Shown piece by piece: positions 37,553 to 48,662 of a DNA stretch of 64,000 nucleotides (position 1 is the first letter of the stretch; every line of letters begins with the position of its first letter). This stretch comes from a virus (lineage: Duplodnaviria; Heunggongvirae; Uroviricota; Caudoviricetes): the IMG/VR virus record IMGVR_UViG_2671181027_000003; one strand, written 5' to 3'. The translations under genes were made by a program, and so were the position numbers. Below the pieces are notes generated by a model. The model was given only the letters and a program-made list of their open reading frames with translations. It made no database searches and was not told the DNA's origin.

Positions 37553-38047
37553 ATGAGTGAATTTTATTCAAGGGCAGCAACTGTGGCAGACATGCCATTT
37601 ATCATGGGTGAGTTTGAAGACGGCGCGCGTAAAGGTCACTTCTACGAAGAAATCCTCACGTCTAAGGGCTGTAAAACCTTTGAGAAGCAGACCAGGCTGG
37701 CAATCAAGACGAACGAGCAGGGTCAATACTCGGGGCATTTTATCTACATCCTGCTGCGCCGTTCTGATGACAAAAAAGCAGGGCTAATCTGGTTCTGTGC
37801 CGCACTCGATCCAACCGGTGCGCCACGACTTGAACTCCGTGCCATCAGTATCGTCAAAGATCTACGCGGGAAAGGCTATGGGTCAATGCTGCTGTCCGAC
37901 ATGATCGATTCAAACCCGAGCCAGCCGATGATGGCGAAGTGCTATGTCAAATCCTCGCAAATGGCCGACATGCTAAAACGCAGAGGTTTTCACCTTTTCG
38001 ACACGTCCCCCAAAGGCACGCAGATGCTGTTTCGCGATCCGAAGTAA
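37553..38047 (+). CDS. GNAT-family N-acetyltransferase
   Basis: Acetyl-CoA binding motif VKDLRGKGYGSMLL. Confidence 0.6.
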   Translation: MSEFYSRAATVADMPFIMGEFEDGARKGHFYEEILTSKGCKTFEKQTRLAIKTNEQGQYSGHFIYILLRRSDDKKAGLIWFCAALDPTGAPRLELRAISIVKDLRGKGYGSMLLSDMIDSNPSQPMMAKCYVKSSQMADMLKRRGFHLFDTSPKGTQMLFRDPK

Positions 38048-38223
38048 TAAGCCCCCCATACGGTTGAGATATTGTCACCACCATAAAAATAAGTAGGTAT
38101 TTACTTATATATTTTGTCATAATCATGTGCCTGTAGATTTTCTTCTGTGCCGTGTTGTCTGGGTTGTTCGCCTCTCAAACACGCTTAACATCTGTATCAA
38201 AATAACCACAAAGGAAAAGACAC

Positions 38224-39309
38224 ATGACATTGCCATACGGGGTGATATCAGATCCCCATTATCATCGTTGGGATGCTTTTGCGACAACAAACGCTGACGG
38301 GCTGAACTCTCGACTGGAGATCCAACTGGACGCCACGAAAGAAGCTGCCAAAGCCATGAAAGCTGCGGGCTGCAAGCACATGCTGGTGGCTGGTGATACT
38401 TTCCATGTTCGTGGTGCTATATCGCCTTCCGTCCTGCATTTCGTGACAGAAACTTACGAGTGGATCGTCAAAGAGTTGGGCCTCGAAGTGGTTATGCTGG
38501 CCGGCAACCACGACCTCGAAACCAACGATTCCGTATACAGCGCCAACGCAGCTGCCTCTCTGCGCTCAATCGGTGTGGAAATCGTCTGCGGCAAACGTCC
38601 TCACTCCATCAAAATGGGCGACGTAACCGTCCACCTGATTAGCTGGCGCAATAATCACGCAGAGCTTATCAGCGACCTCAAAACACTGCGTTCCGGGCTG
38701 GATGGCGACAATCACGATGTCGTTGTGCATACCTCGATCAACAAAGCGATCCCCACCATGCCAGATGTCGGCATCGACGCACAGGAACTGAAAGATATCG
38801 GCTTCCGTTTGTTGCTGTCCGGACACTACCACAACCACAAAGAAGTGCTGCCTGGAGTGGTTAGCATCGGGGCGCTGACGCACCAGAATTGGGGCGATGT
38901 TGGTTCGCTGGCTGGCTTCATGATCGTCAACCCTGACGGCACATTCACCCACCACGAAACCTCCGCACCCAAGTTCGTCAACCTTGAGGACGATGTGGAA
39001 GACGACCAAATTCGCGGTAACTACGTGCGCTTCCGTGCCGTTGTGGAGAGCGATGAAGAAGGCATCAAAATCCAGAACGTCCTGAAAACAATGGGCGCGA
39101 AGGGTGTCGTCTGCAACTTCATCCGCAAGGCATCGATGATGGAAGGCACTGCCAGTACTGCGGAGACCAGCAAAATAGACAGCCTGGGCGAGTCCGTCGC
39201 GGCGTACTGCAAGATTGTTCACGACACTGACGGCGGCTTCGACCTGAGCAAGCTGGACATGCTGTGTCAGGAGATCCTGACCGAAGCGGAGAGTGCGGAG
39301 GCAATGTGA
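38224..39309 (+). CDS. SbcD/Mre11-family nuclease
   Basis: Calcineurin-like phosphoesterase motifs DPHYH, VAGDTFH, LAGNHD, GHYH. RBS aaaggaaaagacacATG. Confidence 0.75.
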   Translation: MTLPYGVISDPHYHRWDAFATTNADGLNSRLEIQLDATKEAAKAMKAAGCKHMLVAGDTFHVRGAISPSVLHFVTETYEWIVKELGLEVVMLAGNHDLETNDSVYSANAAASLRSIGVEIVCGKRPHSIKMGDVTVHLISWRNNHAELISDLKTLRSGLDGDNHDVVVHTSINKAIPTMPDVGIDAQELKDIGFRLLLSGHYHNHKEVLPGVVSIGALTHQNWGDVGSLAGFMIVNPDGTFTHHETSAPKFVNLEDDVEDDQIRGNYVRFRAVVESDEEGIKIQNVLKTMGAKGVVCNFIRKASMMEGTASTAETSKIDSLGESVAAYCKIVHDTDGGFDLSKLDMLCQEILTEAESAEAM

Positions 39310-39542
39310 GTACGAGCCATTCTGGGAGCTTTCGGGACTTCATCTCCACGATGAAAAGACTTGAACGAGGCCAGACGGTGATGTTCCACAAGCCCTACCC
39401 ACCCAACGGAAACCCTGTGGCGTTTTATCTGGGAAGACTGAGCAAACAAGGCGTACTGAAACGCCGATCTTTCCCAGCCCACACGGAGTTTCAACTGCGA
39501 AAAGGCCAGCATTTGAATCAAAAAGTTAGAGGCATTGTATGA
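39306..39542 (+). CDS. small protein between sbcD and sbcC
   Basis: GTG start overlapping the sbcD stop. Its stop overlaps the sbcC ATG (ATGA). Confidence 0.3.
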   Translation: MSTSHSGSFRDFISTMKRLERGQTVMFHKPYPPNGNPVAFYLGRLSKQGVLKRRSFPAHTEFQLRKGQHLNQKVRGIV

Positions 39543-41455
39543 AATTTCTAAAGCTCCAGGTTGAGAACTTCATGGCGTTAGCCAGCGCCGAAGTTGAGTT
39601 AGACCAACGCGGTCTGGTGCTCATTCAGGGTGTTAACAGTGGCGACTCTTCCGCTGCCAGCAATGGCGCGGGCAAATCGACTTTGATGAACAGCCTGATG
39701 TGGTGTCTGTATGGCGAAACTGCGCATGGCGTCAAAGGTGACGACGTGCTCTCTACAGGCCACGAGAAAAACTGTCGCGTGATGGTGACTGTTGAGGATG
39801 AAGGAAAGCGTTACGCCATCATTCGCCACCGCAAACACAAAGAGTTCAAGAACCGGCTGATCGTCCGTGGCGAAGACGGTGATATGACCAAAGGCAAAGA
39901 CACACTGACGCAGGAGTTCGTTGAACGCCTGATTGGTGCATCGAAAGAGGTGTTCATGGCGTCCATCTACGCCAGTCAGGAAGCAATGCCAGATCTGCCG
40001 GGTATGTCCGACAAGAACCTCAAAACCATCGTTGAAGAAGCCGCTGGCGTCGACCGGTTAACGCGAGCCTATGCCATTGCTCGCGAGCGTGCTAATGCAG
40101 CTGCCGCACGCATGGATGTTACCAAATCCAAAATGGACGCCTGTCTCACGCTTATCGAGACCGCGCAGTCAGAGATTGAGGCGGCCAAAGCGTCCTCTGA
40201 TAGTTGGGAACGCGATCGCGGCGAACGTCTGGACAAGGCCCGCGTCGATTTGGCTGGCGCGGAGGTAACGCTGTCCGAAGTCGTGATGGAAATTCGCTCG
40301 CTGCCGGAACAGATCCGGGATACGGAAAACGCGATTGCTGGCGAACGCAGCAAGCTGGCCTCCAAAGAAGAGCATGACGCCAAACTGCTGAAGGTGCGCG
40401 GTGCGATTACGGAGATCCGCTCAAGCATCCGCACTTCAGAAGCGGCACAGAACGAGTCCATGAACCGTGCTCGCTCGTTTAAAAGCAAAGCAGAAGAGGT
40501 CAACACAAAGGTCGGAGCACCTTGTGTTACGTGCGGAAAGCCCTACTGCGAAGAAGATTTGTCCACCGTGAAGGAGAGTTTCATTGAACAAGCGCGTAAT
40601 GAGATCGGCCAGGCGCAGGCATCAGCAGCGGCAGTGGCTCAACACAAAGCTCGTCTTGAGAAAGCGCTCGGCATCGAGTCTGCACTGGTCGCGGCCACAC
40701 CCGACGTCTCAGAAATCATCGCCAGAATCGAACGCCTGACCAATGAGCTAAGTGCGCTGCGTCATCGCGAACGTGAAGTTGTGGCCGTCGAAGCGATGGT
40801 GGCGCGGGCGCGTACTGACGTGAATCGCATCATGGCAGAGGTAAACCCATTTCTGGCTGTCATTAAGCGCCATGAAGACAACCTGGCTGCCAATAAATCT
40901 AATCATGCAGTACTTAAAAAAGAGTTAAAAAGCATTCAGGAACAGGCTCTGTTGCTGGAGAAAGCTCGCCAGGTTTACTCCCCATCTGGCGTGCGTTCAC
41001 ACATCCTGACTTCTGTTACGCCTTTCCTGAACATCAGGACTGCGGAGTATCTCAACACGCTGTCGGACGGCAATATCGTTGCCGAATGGTCGACAATGGA
41101 GACAACGAAGAAAGGCGAGTATCGCGACAAATTCAATATCAGCGTAACCAAAACAGGCTCCAGCAAATCCTTCCAGACGTTGTCTGGTGGCGAGAAGCGT
41201 AAGGTACGCATTGCGTGCTCTCTTGCTTTGCAGGATCTGGTTGCCAGTCGCGCCAGTAAGAATATCGAGCTGTTTATCGGGGATGAAATTGACGACGCGC
41301 TCGACACTGCCGGTCTGGAGCGTCTCATGGGGATTCTGGAAGCCAAAGCGCGTGAACGCGGCACAGTGATGATCATTTCCCACAAAGAGATGAAATCGTG
41401 GTTCCGGGAAACCATCACAGTCGAAGTCAAAGAGGGTCGCAGCTATGTCGTTTAA
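39539..41455 (+). CDS. SbcC/Rad50-family ATPase
   Basis: Walker A NGAGKSTLMNSL, long coiled coil with a CxxC zinc hook (PCVTCGKPYC), signature motif LSGGEKRK, D-loop FIGDEIDDALD. Confidence 0.8.
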   Translation: MKFLKLQVENFMALASAEVELDQRGLVLIQGVNSGDSSAASNGAGKSTLMNSLMWCLYGETAHGVKGDDVLSTGHEKNCRVMVTVEDEGKRYAIIRHRKHKEFKNRLIVRGEDGDMTKGKDTLTQEFVERLIGASKEVFMASIYASQEAMPDLPGMSDKNLKTIVEEAAGVDRLTRAYAIARERANAAAARMDVTKSKMDACLTLIETAQSEIEAAKASSDSWERDRGERLDKARVDLAGAEVTLSEVVMEIRSLPEQIRDTENAIAGERSKLASKEEHDAKLLKVRGAITEIRSSIRTSEAAQNESMNRARSFKSKAEEVNTKVGAPCVTCGKPYCEEDLSTVKESFIEQARNEIGQAQASAAAVAQHKARLEKALGIESALVAATPDVSEIIARIERLTNELSALRHREREVVAVEAMVARARTDVNRIMAEVNPFLAVIKRHEDNLAANKSNHAVLKKELKSIQEQALLLEKARQVYSPSGVRSHILTSVTPFLNIRTAEYLNTLSDGNIVAEWSTMETTKKGEYRDKFNISVTKTGSSKSFQTLSGGEKRKVRIACSLALQDLVASRASKNIELFIGDEIDDALDTAGLERLMGILEAKARERGTVMIISHKEMKSWFRETITVEVKEGRSYVV

Positions 41456-42191
41456 CTTGAGCCGAACGCAGTTTTTGCAGATGTTTGCCGTGATGCAGTC
41501 TATAAAGCTGATAAACCACCATACGGCAAAAGCAGCTGCGCCTGCACTTTTGTGGAAAAACGAAAACATCAATGACGACCAGTTCTCGGTATTAACCAGT
41601 CTGTTGTCATCGACTCCGTTGATGCCGAGTTTGTCTATGCTGCCGTCAGGAAGCACTGCGCCGATCCTTATTAATCCATTTACGGAAGGTGGATATCTCC
41701 CACATTCTGGGCCGGGGTTCGTTGTGATTCCTGAAACCGGAACGCTGAACATCCAAGAAAATGCGCTCTTCAATGCGATGGAGACGCACATCAGCACCGC
41801 ATTCACTAATCTGATTCGACACGCTAACGCACGCGCGGATCACGTTGCAATGCCTGGTGCTGCTTTCGCCAGCTTCTCTGTTGACTATGACCGACACGCG
41901 CCAATTTCAAAGCGGGCGAAACTCTGCTTATACGAGGAGGGATGTGAAGTAGCGGTTATTGAAGTTCTTCTCCCCCATGTATTCAGCGCGAATGAAACGA
42001 CTGCACGCCATCTGATCGACATCATGCGGCATTTCATCGGCCAGAGCATGATTGATGCAGATATTGCTGCAGGCGTTCTAACCAACGATAGCATTCATGT
42101 TGTTAGCGACATTCCGAAGCCGCCAACTCGCGAGCCGGAGAAGACACTTGAACAGAAACTATTGGAATGCCCAACCTGGGCTACGTGGTAA
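41445..42191 (+). CDS. hypothetical protein
   Basis: 248-aa ORF. Confidence 0.5.
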   Translation: MSFNLSRTQFLQMFAVMQSIKLINHHTAKAAAPALLWKNENINDDQFSVLTSLLSSTPLMPSLSMLPSGSTAPILINPFTEGGYLPHSGPGFVVIPETGTLNIQENALFNAMETHISTAFTNLIRHANARADHVAMPGAAFASFSVDYDRHAPISKRAKLCLYEEGCEVAVIEVLLPHVFSANETTARHLIDIMRHFIGQSMIDADIAAGVLTNDSIHVVSDIPKPPTREPEKTLEQKLLECPTWATW

Positions 42192-42202
42192 GGAGACCAA
42201 AA

Positions 42203-42772
42203 ATGAGTAAAACCATTCGTGTGGTCGGCGTCGACCCTTCAATGAGCAATTTTGGCCTGGCGATTGGCACGCTGGATCTGGAAACGGATAAGCTGGACAT
42301 TCATGGCCTGACATTGGTGGAAACCAAAGCTGGTGGCAACAAGAAGACGGTTCGCGTAAACAGCGACGATCTGCGCCGCGCTAACGAAATCTGGCGTACC
42401 GCCAAGCCCATAATCGAGCAGGCTCATATGGTGTTTTGCGAGTTGCCGGTTGGTAGCCAGTCCAGTCGCGCACAAACCTCATACGGCATCTGCATTGGCG
42501 TACTGGCGTGCGTGGATAAGCCACTGATACAGGTCACGCCAAACGAGATTAAGCACTATGTCGGGAATAAGCTGACCACGTCGAAGGAAGAGATCATTCA
42601 GTGGGCTACGCAGAAGCAGCCAAACGCCCCGTGGTTGCGCCGGAAGCAATCTGGTAAGGAAGTGCTGGTGAATAAAAACGAGCACCTTGCGGACGCTGTC
42701 GCGTCGATTTACACCGGTATGCAAACTGATCAATTCCGTCAGGTTCGCGATGTTCTTGCAGGAATTTTATAA
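42203..42772 (+). CDS. RuvC-like Holliday junction resolvase
   Basis: IRVVGVDPSMSNFGLAI (first catalytic Asp), FCELPVGSQS (Glu) and NEHLADAVASIY (C-terminal Asp/His region). RBS aaggagacc. Confidence 0.6.
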   Translation: MSKTIRVVGVDPSMSNFGLAIGTLDLETDKLDIHGLTLVETKAGGNKKTVRVNSDDLRRANEIWRTAKPIIEQAHMVFCELPVGSQSSRAQTSYGICIGVLACVDKPLIQVTPNEIKHYVGNKLTTSKEEIIQWATQKQPNAPWLRRKQSGKEVLVNKNEHLADAVASIYTGMQTDQFRQVRDVLAGIL

Positions 42773-42849
42773 GTCGGTAATTGATAGGTAGGTGCTTATC
42801 TATTAACATGAGGCCACTATATTTAGTGGCCTTTTTTATTGGGTGATAC

Positions 42850-45165
42850 ATGATAAGCATCGTAAAACGTAACGGTTCCACAGAGCCGTTGTCAGAGGAA
42901 AAATACAACCGCGTTGTGATGTGGGGAGTCGAAAACATTCGCAACGTTAGCGCGTCTGCTGTCGCTATGGGCGCCGCTGCCAGCATTTTCGACGGAATGA
43001 CCACCTGCCAGCTGCATGAAGCGCTGGTGAAGTCCGCTGCCGATCTGATCTCTCCGGAAACCCCGAACTACTCGCAGGTTGCCGCGCGACTGAGCCTGTT
43101 CAAGATCCGCAAGGACGCCTTCGGCCAGTATGACTACCCGAATTTCTACAATCACATCGTCAGCAACGTCAGTCGTGGCGTTTACGATGAAGACCTTCTC
43201 AAGTACTACTCTCAGGAAGAAATTGCCGAGCTGGGCGTGTACATCAAGCCTAAGCGCGACGAATACTTCGGCTATGCCGCCACCGTGCAGCTGGCGAGCA
43301 AGTATCTCGTTCAAAACCGAGTAACTGGCGCTATCTACGAAGGGCCACAGCAACTCTACATGCTGGTCGGCATGTGCCTGTTCCAGAATTGGGAAGATGG
43401 CTGCGCCGGTAAGACGCGTCTGGAGATGGTCAAAGGCTTCTACGATGTGACCAGTACATTCAAGCTGTCTCTGCCAACGCCAATTATGGCCGGCGTGCGC
43501 ACCCCTACTCGCCAGTTCTCCAGCTGCGTGCTGATTGAAGCAGCTGATAGTCTGAAAGGGATTAGCGCTGCGTCTTCCGCAATCATTGACTACGTGTCAC
43601 GTCGCGCGGGCATTGGTATTGGCTTTGGGCGTCTGCGTGCGCTGGGAAGTGAGATCCGCAATGGCGAGGCCACCCACACTGGCGTTATTCCATTCCTGAA
43701 ACACTTCCAGACAGCTGTGAAATCCTGCTCTCAGGGCGGTGTTCGCGGCGGCGCTGCTACAGCGTTCTATCCGATCTGGCACTTGGAAGTTGAAAGTCTG
43801 CTGGTACTGAAAAACAACCGTGGCATTGAAGAGAACCGCGTTCGTCATCTCGACTATGGCGTGATGATTAACCGTCTGATGTATCGCCGCCTGGTGCGCA
43901 ACGAAAATATTACGCTGTTCAGCCCACACGATGTGCCGGGCCTGTACGACGCGTTCTTTGTTGATCAGGACAAGTTCGAAGAGCTGTACCTGAAGTACGA
44001 AGCCGACGAGAGCATTCGTAAGAAATCTATCCCGGCCGTCGACCTGTTCTCTACGCTGATGCAGGAGCGTGCCTCTACTGGTCGCGTTTACATTGCCAAC
44101 GTCGACCACATGAACGATCACGGCGCATTCGTTCCGGAAATTGCACCGGTACACCAGTCCAATCTCTGTATGGAGATCACGCTACCGACCAAGCCACTGG
44201 CGTTCACTGACGATCCGAACGGGGAAATCGCGCTTTGCACTCTGTCTGCGTTCAACCTGGGCGCGATCCGCACGCTGGACTCACTGAAAGACGTGGCGTT
44301 TTACGCTGTGGCGGCACTGGACTCTCTGCTCGACTATCAGGACTACCCGATGGCTGCTGCAGAAATCCCGGCTAAAGCTCGTCGTAGTCTGGGTATTGGC
44401 GTGACAAACTTTGCCTACTATCTGGCGAAGAACGGTTTTAACTACTCTGACGCTGCAGGCAACCAGCTGGTGCATGAGACCTTCGAAGCCATTCAGTACT
44501 ACTTGCTCGATGCGAGCTGCCGACTGGCCGAAGCGAAGGGTGCATGTGACTGGTTCTCCCACACCAAATACGCACAGAGCCAGCTGCCAGTCGACCACTA
44601 TCGCAAAACACTGGATACCAACCCGGAGACCTCTTTCGAGCTGAAAATGCCGTGGGAAGAGCTGCGTGGCCGTATCCGTGAGCATGGTCTGCGTAACTCC
44701 ACTCTGACCGCTCAAATGCCGTGTGAGACGTCCAGCCAGATCACCAACTCCACAAATGGTATTGAGCCGCCCCGCGGCCCGGTGTCCGTGAAGTCTTCCA
44801 AAGACGGCATCGTGAAGATGGTCGTTCCGGACTTCGCGCAACTGAAAGACCAGTACGAGTACCTGTGGGATATGCCGGATAACCGCGGCTATCTGACTAA
44901 GGTGGCCATCATTCAGAAGTTCTTCGATCAGGCCATCTCTGCGAACACCAACTACGACCCGACTCGCTTCCCTGGCGACAAGGTTCCAATGATGAAGCTG
45001 CTGGAAGATCTGCTGTTTGCGTATCAGCAAGGTGTGAAGACGCTTTATTACCACAACACGCGTGATGGCGCTGGTAAGCGTGACGACGACGATCAGGTGT
45101 CCGAACCTTCAGTTGCGGAGGTTGTTGAGCCAGAAGATGAGTGCGATGGCGCGTGCAAAATCTGA
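42850..45165 (+). CDS. nrdA: ribonucleoside-diphosphate reductase alpha subunit (class Ia)
   Basis: ATP-cone VKRNGSTEPL, active-site SNLCMEI, C-terminal Cys pair region. 771 aa. Confidence 0.85.
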   Translation: MISIVKRNGSTEPLSEEKYNRVVMWGVENIRNVSASAVAMGAAASIFDGMTTCQLHEALVKSAADLISPETPNYSQVAARLSLFKIRKDAFGQYDYPNFYNHIVSNVSRGVYDEDLLKYYSQEEIAELGVYIKPKRDEYFGYAATVQLASKYLVQNRVTGAIYEGPQQLYMLVGMCLFQNWEDGCAGKTRLEMVKGFYDVTSTFKLSLPTPIMAGVRTPTRQFSSCVLIEAADSLKGISAASSAIIDYVSRRAGIGIGFGRLRALGSEIRNGEATHTGVIPFLKHFQTAVKSCSQGGVRGGAATAFYPIWHLEVESLLVLKNNRGIEENRVRHLDYGVMINRLMYRRLVRNENITLFSPHDVPGLYDAFFVDQDKFEELYLKYEADESIRKKSIPAVDLFSTLMQERASTGRVYIANVDHMNDHGAFVPEIAPVHQSNLCMEITLPTKPLAFTDDPNGEIALCTLSAFNLGAIRTLDSLKDVAFYAVAALDSLLDYQDYPMAAAEIPAKARRSLGIGVTNFAYYLAKNGFNYSDAAGNQLVHETFEAIQYYLLDASCRLAEAKGACDWFSHTKYAQSQLPVDHYRKTLDTNPETSFELKMPWEELRGRIREHGLRNSTLTAQMPCETSSQITNSTNGIEPPRGPVSVKSSKDGIVKMVVPDFAQLKDQYEYLWDMPDNRGYLTKVAIIQKFFDQAISANTNYDPTRFPGDKVPMMKLLEDLLFAYQQGVKTLYYHNTRDGAGKRDDDDQVSEPSVAEVVEPEDECDGACKI

Positions 45166-45272
45166 TGAGTGTGGGGAGAAATCCCCACCTTTTCATTGAG
45201 TTGAGTACCTTGTTTAAACCAATAAGATAACAATTTGTTTAAAGCCACTCGATAACATTCAGAGGGAAATAC

Positions 45273-46415
45273 ATGACTTATTCTACTTTCCGTTTGGGCG
45301 CTAACGACGCAACGAAGGAACCTATGTTCCTCGGCCAGTCTGTCAACGTAGCACGCTACGATCAGCAAAAGTACCGTGACTTCGAAAAGCTGATTGAGAA
45401 ACAACTCTCGTTCTTCTGGCGCCCTGAAGAAGTCGACATTACCACTGACCGCATCGACTTCAATACCAAGCTGCAAGAGCACGAACGCCATATTTTTCTG
45501 AGCAACCTGCGTTACCAGACGCTGTTGGATTCCGTTCAGGGTCGCAGTCCAAACGCAACACTACTGCCGCTGATCTCCATTCCTGAGCTGGAGACATGGG
45601 TTGAGACCTGGTCGTTCTCTGAGACGATTCACAGCCGCAGCTATACCCACATTATCCGCGGTATGGTGGATGACCCGAGCATCGTTTTCGACGGCATCGT
45701 CACGGACGAAGAGATCATCAGCCGGGCTGTAAGCATCTCAAGCGAATATGACAGACTGTACGAAATGACCTGCGCTCGCCAGCATCTTGGCGAAGACGAA
45801 TTTGAACGGCTGTATGTCAGCGAGTTTGATGGCAAGCCCTACCCTCTCCAGCGCCAGCTGTTCCGAACACTGGTGTCGGTGAATGCACTGGAGGCGATTC
45901 GCTTCTACGTGAGCTTTGCGTGTACGTTCGCCTTTGGTGAGCGGAAGCTGCTGGAGGGCAACACAAAGATCATGCGCTTCATCGCGCGCGACGAGGCTCT
46001 GCATTGCGAAGGTACTGAACGCATGATCCGCTTTATGCGTACCGGTCGTGAAGGTCTGATGTGGAAGATGATTGCCGCAGAAGAAGAGAGCTTCATCTAT
46101 CAGACCATGATGGACGTGGCCGGGCAGGAAATGCGCTGGGCTGACTATCTGTTTAAAGACGGCTCAATGATTGGCTTGAATGCCGACATCCTCAAAAGCT
46201 ATGTGAAATACCGCACCAACCTGGCAATGCGTCGTCTTGGGCTGCGACCGCTGTTCCCGGAAATCAAAGACGATCCACTGGTATGGATGAACAAATGGCT
46301 GCTGTCAGACACCCTGCAGATCGCTCCGCAGGAAGCTGAACAAAGCAACTACCTCGTCGGCCAGATTGACTCCGCCGTCGATCGCACCGGCCTGAGCCAG
46401 TTCGCAGACCTTTAA
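45273..46415 (+). CDS. nrdB: ribonucleoside-diphosphate reductase beta subunit
   Basis: Iron ligands and tyrosyl radical region [14 protein letters not shown]. 380 aa. Confidence 0.85.
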   Translation: MTYSTFRLGANDATKEPMFLGQSVNVARYDQQKYRDFEKLIEKQLSFFWRPEEVDITTDRIDFNTKLQEHERHIFLSNLRYQTLLDSVQGRSPNATLLPLISIPELETWVETWSFSETIHSRSYTHIIRGMVDDPSIVFDGIVTDEEIISRAVSISSEYDRLYEMTCARQHLGEDEFERLYVSEFDGKPYPLQRQLFRTLVSVNALEAIRFYVSFACTFAFGERKLLEGNTKIMRFIARDEALHCEGTERMIRFMRTGREGLMWKMIAAEEESFIYQTMMDVAGQEMRWADYLFKDGSMIGLNADILKSYVKYRTNLAMRRLGLRPLFPEIKDDPLVWMNKWLLSDTLQIAPQEAEQSNYLVGQIDSAVDRTGLSQFADL

Positions 46416-46498
46416 GCCGATTTTAACCACTTTGTGACCTGGCGCTGCTGGGTCACAATTGACGCATCAAATGAAGTCCAAAGGAAAGAAAGAAGACA

Positions 46499-47367
46499 TG
46501 AAATTTACGAAACTGACCGATCATCTGAAACTTGCCGCAGACAAACTCGTGGGATTTAAGCCAGAGCCTTACGAGTTGAATCCTGGTTTTGGCAAGGCAA
46601 CGGAAAGCATCTACTTGATGGTTGACCAGTTCCACACACTGTTTCAGCACCCACGCCGTGCCATTCCAGATCCGGCATTACTGCGTCTGCGTGCCAAGCT
46701 GATCCACGAAGAAGCTGTTACCGAGGGCATCCCGGCAGCCAAAAATGGGGATATGACGGCGCTGCTGGACGCGATGGCGGACTTCCTTTACGTGGGCGTC
46801 GGCACAATGGTGGCCATCAAAGGCGGCATCTCTACGGGCATGAGTTACTACACCCAAGAGCAGAGTGTTGATCGCTTCATCCACACCATCATGGTTCCGG
46901 GCAACACGGTCTTTGACGATATGGCCATCCCGTTTGAAGAAGCAAAAGAAGCTGCATTAATGCTGAATGCGCTGGCTGACAAACTCGAAGCGAAGCCGAT
47001 AAGCGATTCCGAATTGGTGCAGGAGCTGCGCCGCGTGATGAACAAAATCTACGTTGCCTGCATGATGACCTACCGCCTGGCTGATTTTCTCGGTATCGAT
47101 ATTGTTGAGCTGGTGGCAGAAATCCACCGTTCCAACATGACCAAGCTGTGGCCGGCTGACGCCGAAGAGCGTCGTGTGGCGGTAGAGAATTGCAAATACG
47201 ACAAGGAAGACATGGGCTTCCGCCATGCTGAAGGGACTGACATGATGATTGGATTCAGAATTTCTGATGGCAAGATCCTCAAATCCCCAACCTACAGCGA
47301 TGTGGATCTGACTCGCTTTGTTGAGAAGGCGAAATCCTCATCTCTTTACGAGATGGTAAAAAAATAA
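46499..47367 (+). CDS. MazG-like all-alpha NTP pyrophosphohydrolase (putative)
   Basis: LIHEEAVTEGIPA...DMTALLDAMADFLYVGVG resembles the MazG EExxE...D..LGD motif. RBS aaaggaaagaaagaagacATG. Confidence 0.45.
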
Positions 47368-47545
47368 TTGTAAGTATCCACTTATCATTATATATTGCCT
47401 GGGCGTGTTTTTATTGTCCAAGTTCTTAATTGCTCATTGCAATGGTGGCCTAAGAGCCACCATTTTTTTTACTCCCCTCCTAGCCTTACACACTTCTGAT
47501 AGATAAACTTGTATAAAATAATATGTATGTACTTACCTATCTTGT

Positions 47546-48661
47546 GTGAGGTTGATTTTGTCTATCCTACTGAATCGAGACTTTACGAACGGTCAGTTTG
47601 CCAGTGGTTCGTATGCCAAAGTGGTTGAAACAGTGCTCAACACTGGCGTTCACGCGGGCGATCGCACCGGAACCGGCACAAAAAGTGTTTCTTATGTCCC
47701 TTCCTTCTACATGCTGACGGGCGGCTCTGTTCCACTTATCTCCGGAAAAGCCGTCAATCTGAAGCCGTTACTGGTTGAGCTGGAGTGGTATCTCAAAGGA
47801 ACGGGCAACATCCAGTTCCTGAAAGACAATGGCGTCAAAATCTGGGATGCCTGGGCTGATGAAAATGGCGATTTAGGCCCGGTCTATGGCAAGCAATGGC
47901 GTCGGTGGGAAGACACCCGCATCGTGAGCCATAGCGAGTATTTGAGCAAAATCGACACGTTCCGTGAGCGCGGGTACAAGGTCGAGGGGTATCTGGGCGT
48001 AAGCGAAGATCGCGTTGTGTTGTCCCGTGAAATCGACCAGCTACAGCGTATCGTTCACACGCTTCGCACCAACCCGACAGATCGTCGCATCCTGCTGAAT
48101 GCCTGGAATGTTGGCGAGCTGGAAGATATGAAGCTGCCGCCATGCCATTTCGTGTTCTCACTGTGGAGTCGTGAGCTGGACTTTGAGACCCGACTGACGA
48201 TGGCCACCGACATTGGCATCCAGCACAACCGCCACGGCCACGAGTCCATTTACACCCAGATGCTGTGTCTTCTGGAAAGAGATGGCGGCGTTACAGAGAA
48301 CCTGCTGGACGAGCTGGGCATCCCGAAACGAATCCTGAACTCATGCCTGGTGCAGCGCAGCGTCGATACCTTTGTTGGTATGCCGTTCAACATCGCCGGT
48401 TACGGCATTCTCTCCCACTTCCTAGCGAAGATCACCGGCCACATGGCTGGCGCATTCGTGCATTTTGGCTTTGACGTTCATCTCTACGACAACCACATGG
48501 AAGGCGTTGAGGAACTGATGAAGCGCGAGCCGCCCAAAGAGTCCGACCCTGTTGTCATCTTCCCGCATGAATGGGCCGAACTGGACGACTTCAAATGGGA
48601 AGGTGTGCAGGTGTGCGGCTACAGCCCTCTTCCGTGGATCAAGGTTCCAGTGGCGGTGTGA
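47546..48661 (+). CDS. thyA: thymidylate synthase (ThyA family) with two large insertions
   Basis: DRTGTGT, NIQFLKDNGVKIWDAWADENGDLGPVYGKQWRRW (near-identical to E. coli ThyA), catalytic PPCHF, and GMPFNIAGY. At 371 aa it is about 100 aa longer than canonical ThyA. Confidence 0.75.
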   Translation: MRLILSILLNRDFTNGQFASGSYAKVVETVLNTGVHAGDRTGTGTKSVSYVPSFYMLTGGSVPLISGKAVNLKPLLVELEWYLKGTGNIQFLKDNGVKIWDAWADENGDLGPVYGKQWRRWEDTRIVSHSEYLSKIDTFRERGYKVEGYLGVSEDRVVLSREIDQLQRIVHTLRTNPTDRRILLNAWNVGELEDMKLPPCHFVFSLWSRELDFETRLTMATDIGIQHNRHGHESIYTQMLCLLERDGGVTENLLDELGIPKRILNSCLVQRSVDTFVGMPFNIAGYGILSHFLAKITGHMAGAFVHFGFDVHLYDNHMEGVEELMKREPPKESDPVVIFPHEWAELDDFKWEGVQVCGYSPLPWIKVPVAV

Positions 48662-48662
48662 T

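Noticed and set aside
47546-48661. Possibility that the ThyA-fold enzyme is a dUMP/dCMP hydroxymethylase producing modified bases
   Set aside because: The adjacent DHFR gene and near-identity of the folate/dUMP-binding segment to bona fide ThyA favour ordinary thymidylate synthase. Left as a check in findings.
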